From Felis catus (taxonomy: Eukaryota): a stretch of DNA of 64,000 nucleotides. The stretch is from assembly GCF_018350175.1 (NCBI RefSeq), contig NC_058368.1, positions 111,788,001 to 111,852,000 of the forward strand. The letters run 5' to 3'. Shown here one piece after another: positions 1-13,740 of the stretch; within the stretch, counting starts at the first letter, position 1; every line of letters starts with the position of its first letter. The translations under genes were made by a program, and so were the position numbers. A model generated the notes under the pieces. It saw only the letters and a program-made list of their open reading frames with translations, had not been told where the DNA came from and did no database searches.

Positions 1-137
1 CTGTTGGATTAAGGACCCCACCTTATGACCTCATTTATTCTTAATTACCTGCCTATGGCCCTGTCTCTAAATACAGTCATATCAGGGGTCGGGGCTTCAA
101 CATGTAAATTTGAGGGGGACACAATTCACTTCATAAC
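1..137 (-). mobile_element. MaLR LTR fragment (MLT1A/B-like 5' end)
   Basis: The reverse complement reads GTTATGAAGTGAATTGTGTCCCCCTCAAATTTACATGTTGAAGCCCCGACCCC, the typical MLT1 start. Confidence 0.75.
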
Positions 138-3100
138 GTTTTGTAGAATCTCAATATTTCTGTTTTCATTCTTAAACTGTCGCCTTCAGCTGTGCTTTGT
201 GATCTTGAGACTGTTTCACCCTTTTTGGAAGGATTCTTTTTCTTTAAATGATCTGTTGGAGTGGTGATGAGGCTGTCACCTGGCTACCTAAAATGAAGAT
301 GGGCATCTGAAAGCTTGGAAGGTTCTTAAACAGATTATAAACCAGTCCCTCTTTTTAAAAATGTACATTCGTCCTCACTTCTAGAAATAATGTGATTTTT
401 GGTTTTCATTACTGTTGACTTAGGACTATGTTTTTTGGATCTGCTGAATTGGTTAACTCCTTATCCAGATTTCAAAATATTCTCTCCTGTTTTCGTTGTC
501 CTTGAGGATTATACCATAAAACATCTTTTTGTTGTCAATTAGTGGTGTTTCTGGAGAGAGTAGAGGTAAGTGTATGTTTGTTTAATTCTCTGTCTTTAAC
601 TGCACACCATATGTCTCCTTTCCTCAGGTGGATGCCCATCTGATGAGTTAGACTCATTCCATCTCTCCCTCCAATCCAGCGTTTCCATAGAAAATCTCCG
701 TTGTGTCCACATACGTTTGATTTTGATGCATTAATTGATTCTTGAGGACTGATAGTCTGACATCACTTGACTGAAACATAGGGTGTGCCTTCTGGGCTTA
801 TCACAAATACACAAATCTTTTTAATAAACTTAGAAAATGATTTGTGCTTTGAATTGAACAAAACCTCCACATTTTCCTGAGCACCATTTCCTTACATTTT
901 AAAACTTGATATATTTTCAGGGGAATCCAATCCATATGTGGTTGGGTTTTTTGTTTTGTGTTCTTATTCTTTTAATACATCATAATATTTCTTCATAAAG
1001 CACTGCTTAAGTCAACATTTTTTATTAGCTTTTTTCTTAAGCCTTTTTCATTAGCTTTTATTTAGAGCCATTTTTTTTTTCAAAATTTCCCAACCACAAC
1101 TGAACTCCCAAAGATCTGAGTCTCATTTGAAATGTTGACTTTTGTTGTGTTCTAATTAGGACAGACCAGTGTTTTCTAAAATCTCGTAGGCTTTGTCTGT
1201 GTTGCCCAGATGAGCAAATCTACATCCAGAACCCATTCCACAAAGCATCTTACTACACGTTACTGTAGCCCAGAAGAAAGCACCTACCTGCAGCATACCT
1301 CTTGCTGTGGTCATCTGCTCTGCCATTGCATAGACGAGAATAGAAGGAGATATGCCCCTGCCTTGGGGAGCTCACATCTAGTTGGAAAGACTAGGAAAGA
1401 AGGAGAGGCTGTATCATTTCTTCATACCAACTATGTGCCCAGTAATGGACTAGGCACTTTGCCATTATTGTCCTATCTAACCTAAGGATAGAGACATGTA
1501 TTTCATCAAAGCCTTCATAGTAAGCTTTCAGGGTAGATATAATTGTTATCCCCATTTACAGAATAAAGGTACCAAGACTCAAAAGTTACTTAATTTGACC
1601 AAGATGGCACAACTAATAAGCGGTTGAGAGCCTGGTTTACAGTGTAGGCAGGATTCCACCATATGGACATCAGGGAAAGGATTAGGTACATGGCCTAGAG
1701 TGAGTATTCACTAATGATATGGAATTGATGTAATGGAGCCAACGATACATTGGACGATTCAGAGGGACAGAGTGTAAGATAGAGAGAAGATATGTGAAGG
1801 CTGCCACCATCAGGGAAGATGTGCTAGGGGGACTGTTATCCTGCATCTGTCTCCGTGTGCACTTCTGCCATGTCCATCCAAGTCACTGACGTCAGTTTCC
1901 TGGATACCATTAGGGCCTGCCAGCTGCTCTGTGCACTTTCCTTCTTGCTCTGTTACTGTCCGTTCTCCACACGGCAGCCAGAACGATCCTTTTTTAATTC
2001 AAGGTAAGATTTACCTACGGTGAAATGCACATAATTCAAGTGTGTAAACTGATGACATTTTGACAAATGTATACTCTTGCGTAACCAACACCACAGTCAA
2101 AACATAGAGTATTTTCATCACCCCAGAAAGTTCCCTTATGTCCCCTTGGGGTCATTCCGACCTCTGATAGGCAACTATTCTTATTACTACAACCATAGAT
2201 TAGTGTTGCATGTTCTTGAGTTTCATATAAATGAAATCACACAGTGTATACTCATTTGTGTCTGGTTTCTTTCACTCAGCATAATGTTTTATGATTTACC
2301 CAAGCTGCCGTGTGCATTAGTAGTTCACTTTTTAAATTGTTGAATAGCGTTTCCATTGTATAAAAATAGCATGGCTTATTTATTAATTTTCTTGTTGAAG
2401 GAGCTGTTGGGTTGTTAGAGTTTGGGGCTAGTATAAATGAAACCATTACAAACATTGTTATACAAGAGATTTTGTGGACATACATTTTTATTCATTTGGG
2501 TGAGCAAGAAGAGTGCCACTGGTCATAGATAAATATATTTCTAACATTTTAAGAAAATGTCAAAACTTTTCAAAGTAGTTTCACCATTTTACACTGCCAC
2601 CAGCAACATATGTGGGTTCTGTCTGTGTCTTTCCCACTGGACATTAGAACAGGTGAAGACAAGGAATGCTGACAACATTTAACATTGGAGGGGCAGGGGA
2701 GCTGGGATAATTGGATATTGATATGGAGGAATACAAAGCTTGACACTATTATCTATTTCAAATTAATATTTGGAAATAAGGTGTGAGATAGGAGTCAAGG
2801 TTCATTTTCCTTCCTACTGTTATTGAGTTGTTCTAGCTTTGTTATTATTATTATTATTATTAATCATCATCTGGTACTATTTGAAGAAAGACTTTCCTTT
2901 TTCACTTGAACTGCCTTGGCTCTTTTGTCAAAAGTCATCTATGTGAGAGTGTATTTCTGGGTTATCCATTCTGTTCCATCGGTATATTTGATGATCTTTA
3001 TGCCCCTGCTATGCTATCTTCATCTTTAAAAATTGTTATTGAAGTGTAATTGACATAATATTATATTAGTTTCAGGTATACAACACAGTGATCTGACATT

Positions 3101-3612
3101 TGTATGTATTGCAAATGATCACAATAAGTCCAGTTATGTTAACTCATCACTGTACTTAGTTACCATTTCCTTTTCTCATGATGGGACCTTTCAAGGTCCA
3201 CTCTCCCAGTTACTTAGAAATAGGCGGTACAGGATTAGGAGCTGTAGTCACCATGCTGTCCATTACATCCCCATGACTTACTCATTTTCTAACTAGAAAT
3301 TTGTACCTTCTGGCCACCTTCACCCATTTCACCCTCCCGACTCCCTTAACCTCAGGCAACCACCAGTTTCTTCTATCAGGTTTTTCTTTGTTTTGTTTTT
3401 TTGTTTGTTTGCTTTGTGTTTTTGTTTTAGATTCTACATATAAGTGAGATCATATGGTATTTGTCTTTCTTAGTCTGACTTATTTTTTATTTAAGACTTC
3501 TCTAATTTCTCTCCTATCTTGTAGTCTTCAGTGTAGAGGTCTTACTTATCTTTTATTTAATTTATTCCTAAGTATTTTGTGTTTTATGATGCAACCGTAA
3601 ATGGTATTGTGT

Positions 3613-3888
3613 TTTTTTTATTATTTATTTATTTATTTATTTATTTATGGCACAAGTGAGAGAGGGGCAGAGAGGAGAGAGGAAGACAGAGAGAGACAGA
3701 GAAGTAGGGCTCAAGCTCACCCAGAATGGGGCTTGAGCTCACCCGGAGTGGGACTCATGCTCATCAGGGAATGAGCTCACCCAATGGGGGGCTCGAGCTC
3801 TCCTGATGTGGCACTTGAACTCTCAAACCGTGAGATCAGGACCTGAGCAAAGTCAGATGCTTAACCGACTGAGCTGCCCAGGCACCCC
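3613..3888 (-). mobile_element. Can-SINE variant with internally repeated B-box-like unit
   Basis: tRNA-like head at about 3830-3888, several GGGCTYGAGCTCACCC-like repeats, A-rich tail, and TSD ggtattgtgtt (3603-3613) / ggtattgcgtt (3889-3899). Confidence 0.85.
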
Positions 3889-4255
3889 GGTATTGCGTTG
3901 TAATTGTTTTGCATTTTGACTTTTATTCTGTGACTTTGCAAATTTCCCCTACTAATTCTAGTAGTGTGGTTTTGGGGGTGGGGGGTATATATATTTTTTT
4001 ATAATTTGCCACATAGACAATTCTATATCAGAAGAGAGACTGTTCTATTTTTTTTTCTGACCAATCTCTATGGCCTATTTGTTGGTTTAGTTATTTATTT
4101 AGCTTCATGCCTTGAAAAGCTCTCCAGTACAGTGCTGAATGGAGCTAGTAAGAGTGTATATCCTTTGCTTGTTCTCTATCTTAGGGAAGAAAGCTTTCAA
4201 TAGTTCACTATTAAATGTAATGTCTTTTTTGCTGTCATTTTTTCATAGGTGCCTT

Positions 4256-4790
4256 TGTAGTTGACAGGCTCTAAGATGGCCTCCAAAGACTCCCACCTTC
4301 TTTTATTTACACCCTTGTGCAGTCTCCATTCCTCGAGTATGCACTGGGCTTATTGACTTGTTCTAATGAATAGACAGTGCAGAAGTGAGGAGATGTCACT
4401 TTAAAGTTTAGGTCTTAAAAAAAACTGCTTTTCTTCGTGGGGTTCATTCTCTCTTGCTAGTTTGCCCCGAGGGAAGCCACATGCCATGCTGTGAGCTGCC
4501 CAGTGGAGAGGCCCATATGGAAAAGGACCGAGGGCTCTCTCCAGCCAACAGTGACTGAAGAAATGAGGTCCTGTTTCCAACAGCCCGTGAGGAATTGAAT
4601 CCTCTCAGCAGCCATGTGAGTGCCCTTGAAAGTCTTTTCTCTTCCAGCAGCATCTGATGGCATTTTCAGAGCAGACTGAAGCCCAACTGGCAGAGGGACA
4701 GAGGCTACTCTTCCGAGAGCTCTTGAGGTGCTCTGTTAAGCCACACCCAGATTCCTGACCCCAGAAACTGTGAAATGATAAATGTTTGTT
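4256..4790 (+). mobile_element. MaLR solo LTR (MLT1E/F-like)
   Basis: Starts TGTAGTTGACAGGCTCTAAGATGGCCTCC and ends near CCCAGATTCCTGACCCCAGAAACTGTGAAATGATAAATGTTTG. Confidence 0.75.
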
Positions 4791-5976
4791 TTTCCCTCGC
4801 ATTCCTGATTTACTAAGAATTTTCATCGTGGATTGGCACTGAATACTGTCAAATTCTTTTTTGCACCTGTTGAGGTTGTTATATAGTTTTTATCCTTTTT
4901 TCTGGTAAGGTGGTGAATTACATTGCTTTTCAAAGAGGCCCCACGTGGTTGTAATGTATTATCCTTATTATATATTATTGGATTCAATTTGCTAATATTT
5001 TCTTTAGGATTTTTGTATCTATGTGGGATATACTGGTCTGTGGTTTTGTTTTTCTTTTTGAAATAAAATTCACAATTTTAAAGTTAATGTACAATTCGGC
5101 AGGTTTTAGTAATTCCACAGGATGTGTATACATCACTGCTGTCTAATTTCGTAATGTTTTTATCACCCCAGAAAGAACCCCTGAACCCATTAGCACATAC
5201 TCCCCCCTTCAGCCCTTCTCCAAGCCCCTTGCAACCACGAATCAGCTTCTGTCTCTGTGAGTCTGCCTATTCTGGACATTGCTTATAAATGAAATCATAC
5301 CGTACGTGGCCCTTTGTGTCTGACTTCTTTTATTTAGCATGGCATTTTTAAGGTTCATACATGTTGCAGCCTGTGAGAGTACTTCATTCCTTCTTATGGC
5401 TGAATAACATTTTCCAGTTTGGGCTGTTAGGAATAATGCCGCTTTGAACATGTGTACGCGTTTTGACGTGGACATATATTTTCAGTGCTCCTGGAGATAC
5501 ACCTGAGAGTAGAATTTCCGGGTCATCTGGTTAAGTCTGTGTTTAAGTTTTTGAAGAGCTGCCAAGCCCTTTCCCACAGTTTCCCACCATTTTAAATTCC
5601 CACCAGAAACGTATTCCAGTTTTTCCACAGCCTCACCAACACTTCTTATTCTCGTCTTGTTGATTATAGCCATCTTCGTGTGCATATAGTGCCACCTCAT
5701 TGTGGTTTTGATTTGCGTTTCTCCAACGGATAATGATGTTGAACAACTTTTCATGTGCTTATTGCCATTTGATGATCTTCTCTGGAGAACTGTCTACTCA
5801 GCTCCTTTGTCCATTTTTTGAAAAGTGGGGTTGTCTTTTTATTATTAGGGTGTAATGGTTCTTTACAGGTTGTAGATACAAGTCCCTTATCAGATACATT
5901 AGTTGCGAAAATTTCCTCACATTCTTGTGGGTTGTCTTTCTACTTTCTTGTTGGTGTCCTTTGGAGAATAGACCTT

Positions 5977-6156
5977 TTGTTTTGTTTATTTTTAAGAGAG
6001 AGAGCATGAGTGGGGATGGGGCAGAGAGAGAGGGAGACACAGAATTTGAAGCAGGCTCCAGGCTCTGAGCTGTGAGGGGCCCTAAACTCACAAACTGTGA
6101 GATCATGACCTGAGCCGAAGTCGGATGTTTAACCAACTGAGCCACCCAGATGCCCC
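5977..6156 (-). mobile_element. Can-SINE
   Basis: tRNA-like head, (GA)n tract and tail; flanked by the repeat gagaatagacctt. Confidence 0.9.
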
Positions 6157-6332
6157 TAGAGAATAGACCTTCTTAATTTTGATGCCTAGTTTATTTTTTT
6201 CATTTGTTTCTGTTAAGTCATATCTGCAAAACCATTGCCTTATACAGGGTCATGAAGATTTGTGTCTAAGTTTTCTTCTAAAGACTTTACAGTTTTTGCT
6301 CTTCCATTTAGGTCTTTGAACGATTTAAAGTT

Positions 6333-6546
6333 TGTTTGTTTGTTTGTTTATTAAAGTTATGTTGAGAGAGAAATAGACAACAAGTGGGGGAGGGGCACGG
6401 AGAGAGGGCGACAGAATCCCAAGCAGCACTCTGTACTGTCAGTGCAGAGCCCCATGTGGGGCTCGATCCCACCAACCCTGTGAGATCATGACCTGAGCCA
6501 AAGTCAGGAGTCAGACTCTTAACTGACTGAGCCACCCAGGTGCCCC
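6333..6546 (-). mobile_element. Can-SINE
   Basis: Full head and tail; degenerate TSD tctttga..cat/gattt.aagtt. Confidence 0.9.
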
Positions 6547-6573
6547 TCTTTGATCCATTTCAAGTTAATTTTT

Positions 6574-6794
6574 TTTTTAATTTTTTTTTTTCAACGTTTA
6601 TTTATTTTTGGGACAGAGAGAGACAGAGCATGAATGGGGTAGGGGCAGAGAGAGAGGGAGACACAGAATCGGAAACAGGCTCCAGGCTCTGAGCCATCAG
6701 CCCAGAGCCCGACGCGGGGCTCGAACTCACGGACCGCGAGATCGTGACCTGGCTGAAGTCGGATGCTTAACCGACTGCGCCACCCAGGCGCCCC
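6574..6794 (-). mobile_element. Young felid-type Can-SINE
   Basis: Most CpGs intact; perfect TSD tcaagttaattttt (6560-6573 / 6795-6808); near-identical to the copies at about 22.1 and 40.1 kb. Confidence 0.93.
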
Positions 6795-8149
6795 TCAAGT
6801 TAATTTTTATATAGAGTCTAAAATAAGGATCCACAGTCATTCTTTTGCCTGTAGATCTCCTATTTTCCCAGCATCATTTGTTGAAAAGACTGCTCTTTCT
6901 TCCATTGACTTGTCTTACCACCTCTTGTCAAAAATCAGTTGGCCATAGATATTTGGGTTTTGTTTTTATGGAATCTCGGTTCCATTTCATTGGTATGTAT
7001 GTTTATCCCCCAGGCTGGCACCACAGTTTCTTGATTACTGTAGCTTTGTAGTAAGTTTTAAAAATGGGAAGTGGAAGTCTTCCAACTTTGTTATTCTTGT
7101 TCCAGTTTGTTTTGGCTGTTTTTAGTTTCTTGAGTTTTTATATGAATTTTAAGATTAACTTATCAATTTCCACAAAAAGCCATCTGGAAGTTTTATAGGG
7201 ATATGTTCAATCTGTAGATTAATTTAGGGAGTGTTGCCATTTTAACAGTCTTAAGTCTTCTGACTCATAAATATAAGACAACTTTCCATTTATTTAGCTC
7301 TTCTTTAATTTCTTTCAACGACGTTTTGTAGTTTGTAATTTTCCTGTAATGGCCTTGTCTGTTTTTTGTATGAGGGTAATGCTGACTTCAGAGTATTAGT
7401 TGGAAACCATTCCCTCCTTTTCTGATTTCTGAAAGACTAGTGTAGGGTTTCCTTATGTGTTTCTTTTAACTCACCTTTAGAGCCGTCCAGTCCCGAAATC
7501 TTGGGAATATTTTAAATTACGAATTCATTGTTTTTAAAGGATAAAAGGAACTATGTACCAAAATAGTCAATTTTACTGTGTACTGTTAGAAAAGAAAAGA
7601 GAGCTTTTCAGATTTTTTATTTCTTTTTGAGGCAGTCCTGGAAATTACATCTTTCAAGAAACTTCTCCATTTCTTTGTAATTGACAAGTGTATTGGCCCG
7701 TTTATAAAATTCTCGTTATCGTTTTAGTGTCTGTAGAATCTGTAGTGAGACTCTCTGCCCTTTAAATGTACTGTTTAGAATTAAATTTTTATTTTGTAAT
7801 TAAATGTAATCATAGATACGGTTGGATTTGGTTTAAGTGTACTGTCATGCAATACTTATTTTTCTGTTTCTGCTGTTTTAATATATTTTAAAAAAGCATT
7901 TCCCCCTGTTTTTCTAGAGTAACTGAGTTTCTTGATGATTGCATTTTAACTCCACTAATGGCTTATTAGGTTCACCTTCATTTTACTGTGTTTTTTTTAC
8001 TTTTATTTTTAGTGGTTGCTTTACGTTTTAACATCTTTAACTTGTCACAGTCTATCTTTAAGTAGTTTTATGCCACTTCATTTACAATGTGAGAACTTTA
8101 CAATAGCATAGTTGTATTTACCCCATCATATCCCTTGTGCTATTTTATT

Positions 8150-8392
8150 TATTTATAAAATTTTTTTAAATGTTTATTTATTTTTGAGAGAGAACAAGAG
8201 AGAGAGAGAGAGCGCACGCAAGCGAGTGAGAGCGCACAAGCAAGGGAGGGAGGCAGAAAGAGGGAGACAGAGGATCCAAAGCAGGCTCCACACTGACAGC
8301 ACAGAGCCTGAGGTGGGTCTCAAACCCACGAACACAGAATCATGACCTGAGCTGAAGTCAATCACTCAACCGACTGAGCCACCAGGCACCCC
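8150..8392 (-). mobile_element. Can-SINE
   Basis: Head and tail present; flanked by the repeat ccttgtgct(a/g)tttta. Confidence 0.9.
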
Positions 8393-8420
8393 ACCTTGTG
8401 CTGTTTTAAAATTAAATCTT

Positions 8421-8664
8421 GGATCCTGAGAAACTCAACAGAAACCCATGGAGGAGGGGAAGAAAAAAAAAAGAGGTTAGAGTGGGAGAGAGCCAAAGCA
8501 TAAGAGACTCTTAAAAACTGAGAACAAACTGAGGGTTGATGGGTGGGAGGGAGGGGAGGGTGGGTGATGGGTATTGAGGAGGGCACCTTTTGGGATGAGC
8601 ACTGGGTGTTGTATGGAAACCTATCTGACAATAAATTTAGTATATTGAAAAATAAAATAAAATT
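8421..8664 (+). mobile_element. 5'-truncated young felid-type L1 3' end
   Basis: G-rich L1 3' UTR, AATAAA and A-rich tail; perfect TSD aaattaaatctt (8409-8420 / 8665-8676). Confidence 0.88.
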
Positions 8665-9294
8665 AAATTAAATCTTACTTCTACATAAGCCATAATGCCA
8701 TGTATGTATGTATATTCATTTGCATAACAAAATAACTCTTAAAGGAAATTTTGTAACTTTTTATTTTGTAATAACTTGAGACTTAAATAAAAGTTAACAA
8801 ATTCACAGAGTTCCTATATACCCTTCACCTGGCTTACCCTAATGTTAACTAGCATCTTGTATAGCCATGGTACAGTTACTAAAAGTAAGGAATTAGTACT
8901 GATACAAACTGTTAACTAGACTTTATTCAGATTTCACCAGTATTTCTACAAATGTCATTTTTCTGTTCCAGGAGCCAATCCAAATTCCTTCATTGTACCT
9001 AATTATCACCCTCTCCTTACTCTCTACCAATGTGTGGCAGTTTCTTTTCGTTATTTCTCTTTGATATTCTTGATACTTTTGAAGTTATTTCATGGAATGT
9101 CCCTCAATCTGGACCTCGTGTTTTTTCATGATTAGGTTGAGGTTGTGCATTTTTGGCAATGATGTTATCAGGGGGCATATGATGTCAATACATCTGATTG
9201 CTGGTAGGGTTAACATAGATCTCCTAGTTCAGGCAGTGTCTGCCAGGTACTTTTTTTTCTTAACAAATATCTTGGAAGAAATACTCTGAGACCA

Positions 9295-9515
9295 GGGGCG
9301 CCTGGGTGGCTCAGTCGGTTAAGCGTCTGACTTCAGCTCCGGACATGATCTCACAGTTTGTGGGTTCAGGCCCCACCTCGGGCTCTGTGGTGGCAGCTCA
9401 GAGCCTGGAGCCCGCTTCACATTCTGTGTCTCCCTCTCTCGCTCTGTCCCTCCCCACTCACACTCTGTCTCTCTCTCAAAAATAAATAAACATCAGAAAA
9501 TTTTTTAAAGATTAA
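9295..9515 (+). mobile_element. Can-SINE
   Basis: GGGGCGCCTGGGTGGCTCAG head; flanked by the repeat aaatactc(t/c)gagac. Confidence 0.92.
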
Positions 9516-10236
9516 AAAAAATACTCCGAGACTCTACTAATATCCCATCTCTTCTCAAACTTTCTCTCACTAATTTTAGCACCCATGAGTGGATCTTGTC
9601 TGCAGCACAATTACTGTGATGTTCTAATGGTGATTTTCTATTTCCCTTATTCCTTCTGTCTGTATTAATTGGAATCCTTCTGTAAGGAAGAGCTATTCCT
9701 TCCACCTCCCTCTCCCTCTCCCGACACTCTTTCTTTCTCTTTCTCTTTTTCTTTCTCTCAGTGTTGACCCACATATATTAACTTTATGCTATAGGTTACT
9801 CTCTCACATGGCGTCTTGGGACTCAGATTGCCCCAGCGTCGCCATTGGGAACTCTTAGAGGTTGATTCATGAACCCTTTTCACATGTCCTCATCCTTTTT
9901 TGAGCTCTTCACTTTCTGGCACCCACAGGGCTCCACGCCTCCACTTGCATTTCCTCTGCCCCAGCTTTGGCTTTAACCTGCGCACCCAAGGAGCCCCGGT
10001 GGTGGCGGTGGGGGTGGTTTTGTTTCGTTTTTGTTTTCTAGTGGGAGAATAGGATTTAGAAGCTGAGATCTGGGCAGTAAATATAGTCGTTGCTACTGGG
10101 ATGTCATTGTTTCTATTAGTTCTAGTACCCCAGCTTAGATGTGTGTATACTAATATTAATAATACTAATCCATGGATATACTCATTCACATTTACTTTCA
10201 TCCCTGTCTCAATATATTTTAAAAACCATTACTTCA

Positions 10237-10432
10237 GGGGCGTCTGGGTGGCTCAGAAGGTTAAACATTGGACTCTTGATGTCGGCTCGGGTCACGATCC
10301 CATGGTTTGTGAGTTCAAGCCCCGCCTCAGGCTCTGTGCTGACAGCCTGGAGCCTGCTTGGGATTCTGTCTCTCCCTTTCTCTGTCCTTCCCCCACTCCC
10401 TCTCACAAAATAAATAAATAAACCTAAAAAAA
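10237..10432 (+). mobile_element. Can-SINE
   Basis: Head, CT-rich body and AATAAATAAA tail. Confidence 0.9.
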
Positions 10433-11096
10433 CCCCCCACTGTTAGTTCATATTGATATTTCTGGTATTGATCCTCGTATCTGCCCCAGAACCACTGTTC
10501 CTTCTGACCCTCCTCATTTACTTATTTGTAACTACCTTTTCAGATGGTTAGAAACCTGGTTTTTATTATTTCCAATATATCTATTTATCTATTCAACTCT
10601 AGCATACATGTAAAGTTGCCTGAAAATTCCTAACCCATATCTCTGTGAGAAGCAAGTTTACTAACGACACCATCATATTTGACTACATTTTTTTTTTCTC
10701 TTTAACTGTAGAGTCTCTCTCAAAATAGAGTTTTTGACAGTTACTTAGGTTAGTTCTTTTCTTCCCTACCCTGAAGGGTGTGCTTATACTGTTCTTTGTA
10801 ATACACTTAGGATACATTTGTGTTCCATCTGGGGTTCTTAACACATCCCTGTTGATTTTATTTTATATAAATTTACATGCAGTGAATTTGCTCTTGGTCG
10901 TATATAGTTCTAAGAATTCTGACAGATGCATAGTCATGACTGCATCACCAGAGTCCTGAAGCAAAATGGCTCTGTAACCCCCCAAATTCTCTTGTGCTTC
11001 CCTTTTCATCAGCCTTTCCCCACCCTCTGTTCTTGGCAACCACTGATTTATTGTTTCTTTGCCTTTCTCAAAATGTCGTAAAAATGGAATCAGAAA

Positions 11097-11280
11097 GGGG
11101 CGCCCGGGTGGCTCAGTTGGTCATGTGTCCAACTTCGGCTCAGGTCATGATCTCACAGTCCGTGGGTTCGAGCCCCACGTCGGGCTCTGTGCTGACAGAC
11201 CAACGCCTGCTTCAGATTCTGTGTCTCCCTCTCTCTGGTCATCCTCTTCCCACTTTCTCATAAGTAAATAAAACGTTAAA
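11097..11280 (+). mobile_element. Can-SINE
   Basis: Head and tail; TSD aaaaatggaatcaga on both sides. Confidence 0.9.
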
Positions 11281-13518
11281 AAAAATGGAATCAGATGGTA
11301 TGTAGCTTTTTAGGTCTGACTTCTTTCATTTAGCCAAATGTAGTTAAGATTCAACCAAGTTGTATGAATCATTAGTTCCTTTTTCTTACTGAAGAGTATT
11401 GCCTCGTATAGTTGTCCCACTGCAGTGGCATTTATCCATTCACTGGTTAAAAAGCATCTGGGTTGTTTCCAGATTTAGGTGATTAGGAGTAAAGATGTTA
11501 TATATATGTACAGGGGTTTTGTGTGAACGTAAGTTTTTATTTCTCCTGGGTAATTAAGTAGGACTGAGAATTTTTGGTCATACAGTAGTTCTGTGTTGAA
11601 ATCTATAAAAACCTGACAGATTGTTTTCGGCGGGAGCTATATCATTTTGCATTTCCACCAGGAAGGTATATGAGTTCCAGTTGTTTTGCACCCTTGTCAG
11701 CAGTTGGTATTGTAATTTTAAAACATGTTGCACACTGTACTAAGTATGTAATGATCTCATTGTGGTTTTAACTTGTATTTGCCTAGTGACTAATAACATG
11801 GAACATCTTTTCGTATGCTTATTTGCCCTCTGTATATTTTTGATGAAGTGTCTGTTTAGATTTTTTGCCCATTTTTAATTAGATTGCTTGTTTTTTTTTT
11901 CTTGTTGAGTTTTGAGGGTACTTTACATATTATGGAAACAAGCCCCTTATTAAATACATCTTTTCTTCTGTTACATAGCTCATCTATTGCTTCTTGTACC
12001 AGTGTATTTCATGGAGCAAACATTTTTCACTTTGAAATTGAATTCATCGCTTTTCCTTTTATGGATTATACTTTTGGTGCAGCTAGACCATTTTGGGGAG
12101 AGTTAACATTTGAATAGTATTGAGTCTTCCAATCCATAAACACAGTGTATATTTCCATTTACTTAGCTTTGATTTCTTTCATCAGGGTTTATAGTTTCAT
12201 CTACAGATCCTGTATATACTATGTTACATTTACACTTAATTATTTCAGTTTTTGGTGATACTTGAAATAATACTACTTTATTAATGTTGGATTCCAATTG
12301 TTCATTGCTAACATAGAGCAGTACAATTGATTTTTGTATATTGACCATGTACCTTATGACCTTGTTAAACTAGTCGTAGGAGCGATTTTAAAGGTGTTTT
12401 TTAAAACTTGTCTATGTGGACAACAATGCCATCTGCTAATAGAAACAGTTTCATTTCTTTCTTTTCAATAGGCATGCCCTTTATGTCTTTTTCTTGATGT
12501 ACTGCACCTGCTAGGACTTTGAGTACGATGTTGAATAGAAGGGGTGAGACAAGATATCCTTGGCTTATTCCCAGTGTTAAAGAGGAAAATGTTCCATCTT
12601 TCACTGTGAAGTGGTTTATTAGTGGTTTGTTCTGTAGATGGCTTTTATTAGGTTAAGGAAATTTGCTGCTGTTACTCGTTAGATGAGTTTTTATTATGAG
12701 TGGATTTTGCACTTTGCCACGTCTTGGTTTTTGTTCTTTCATCAGCTCACACAGTGTATTACATTGCTTGACTTTCAGATGTGGATCCAGCCTTGCATTC
12801 CAGGGATAACCCCACTGGGTTGTGATATATTATTCTTTTTATGTATTGCTGGATTTGACTTGATGGTATTCTGTTGAGGATTTTTGCATTTGTGGTCATC
12901 AGGGATATTGTTCTGTAGTTTCTTTCCTTATGATACGTTTCTCTGGTTTGGGTATTAGGGTTATGCTAGCCTCATAAAATAAGCTAATATTTTATCCTTT
13001 TCTCTTGTCTGTCAGACAATAACTTAGTTCAATTAACTGAATTTAATTTTAGTTTAACTTTGTTTTGGTCAGAAAACAAATTTTGTTTGATTTCGGTTTT
13101 CAAAAACAAATGAAGGCTTATTCTGTGGCTCATTAATATGCTCCATCTTGGTGAAATATTATGTGTACTTGGAAAGAATTTTTATTGTAATATTTTTGAG
13201 ACGCATGTTCTCTGCATGCCAGTCTGGAGCTCTGTCATTAGGTGCAAAGACAGTTGGGATCACTATGTTTTCCTGATGAGCTGAGCCTTTTATCATTACA
13301 TAGTCTTCTTCTTTATCATTCGTACGTTTCCTTGTTCTAGAGTCTGCTTTGTGTGATACTAATATATCATTCCAGTTTTATTTGATTACTGTTTATATAT
13401 GTCTTTTTCATCCTTTTACTTTTAGCCTATGCATGTCTTTGCATTTAAAGTAGATTTCTTGAACACAGCATACAGTGGGACTATTTTTTAAAGGTACAGT
13501 GTCACAATCTGTCTTTTA

Positions 13519-13740
13519 AAAAATTTTTTAATGTTTATTTATTTTTGAGAGAGAGAGAGACAGACAGACTGAGTGCGAGCAGGGGAGGGGCAGAGAGAGA
13601 GGAAGACCCAGAATCTGAAGCCGGCTCCAGGCTCTGAGCTGTCAGCACAGAGTTCAACAAGGTGCTTGAACCCATGAGCTGTGAGATCATGACCTGAGTC
13701 AAAGTCAGACGCTTAACTGACTGAGCCACCCAGGCATCCC
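13519..13740 (-). mobile_element. Can-SINE
   Basis: TSD acaatctgtctttta (13504-13518 / 13742-13756). Confidence 0.92.

Noticed and set aside
3700..3830. CRISPR-like or regularly spaced repeat array
   Set aside because: Degenerate units inside a SINE with a TSD, no unique spacers, and a eukaryotic context.
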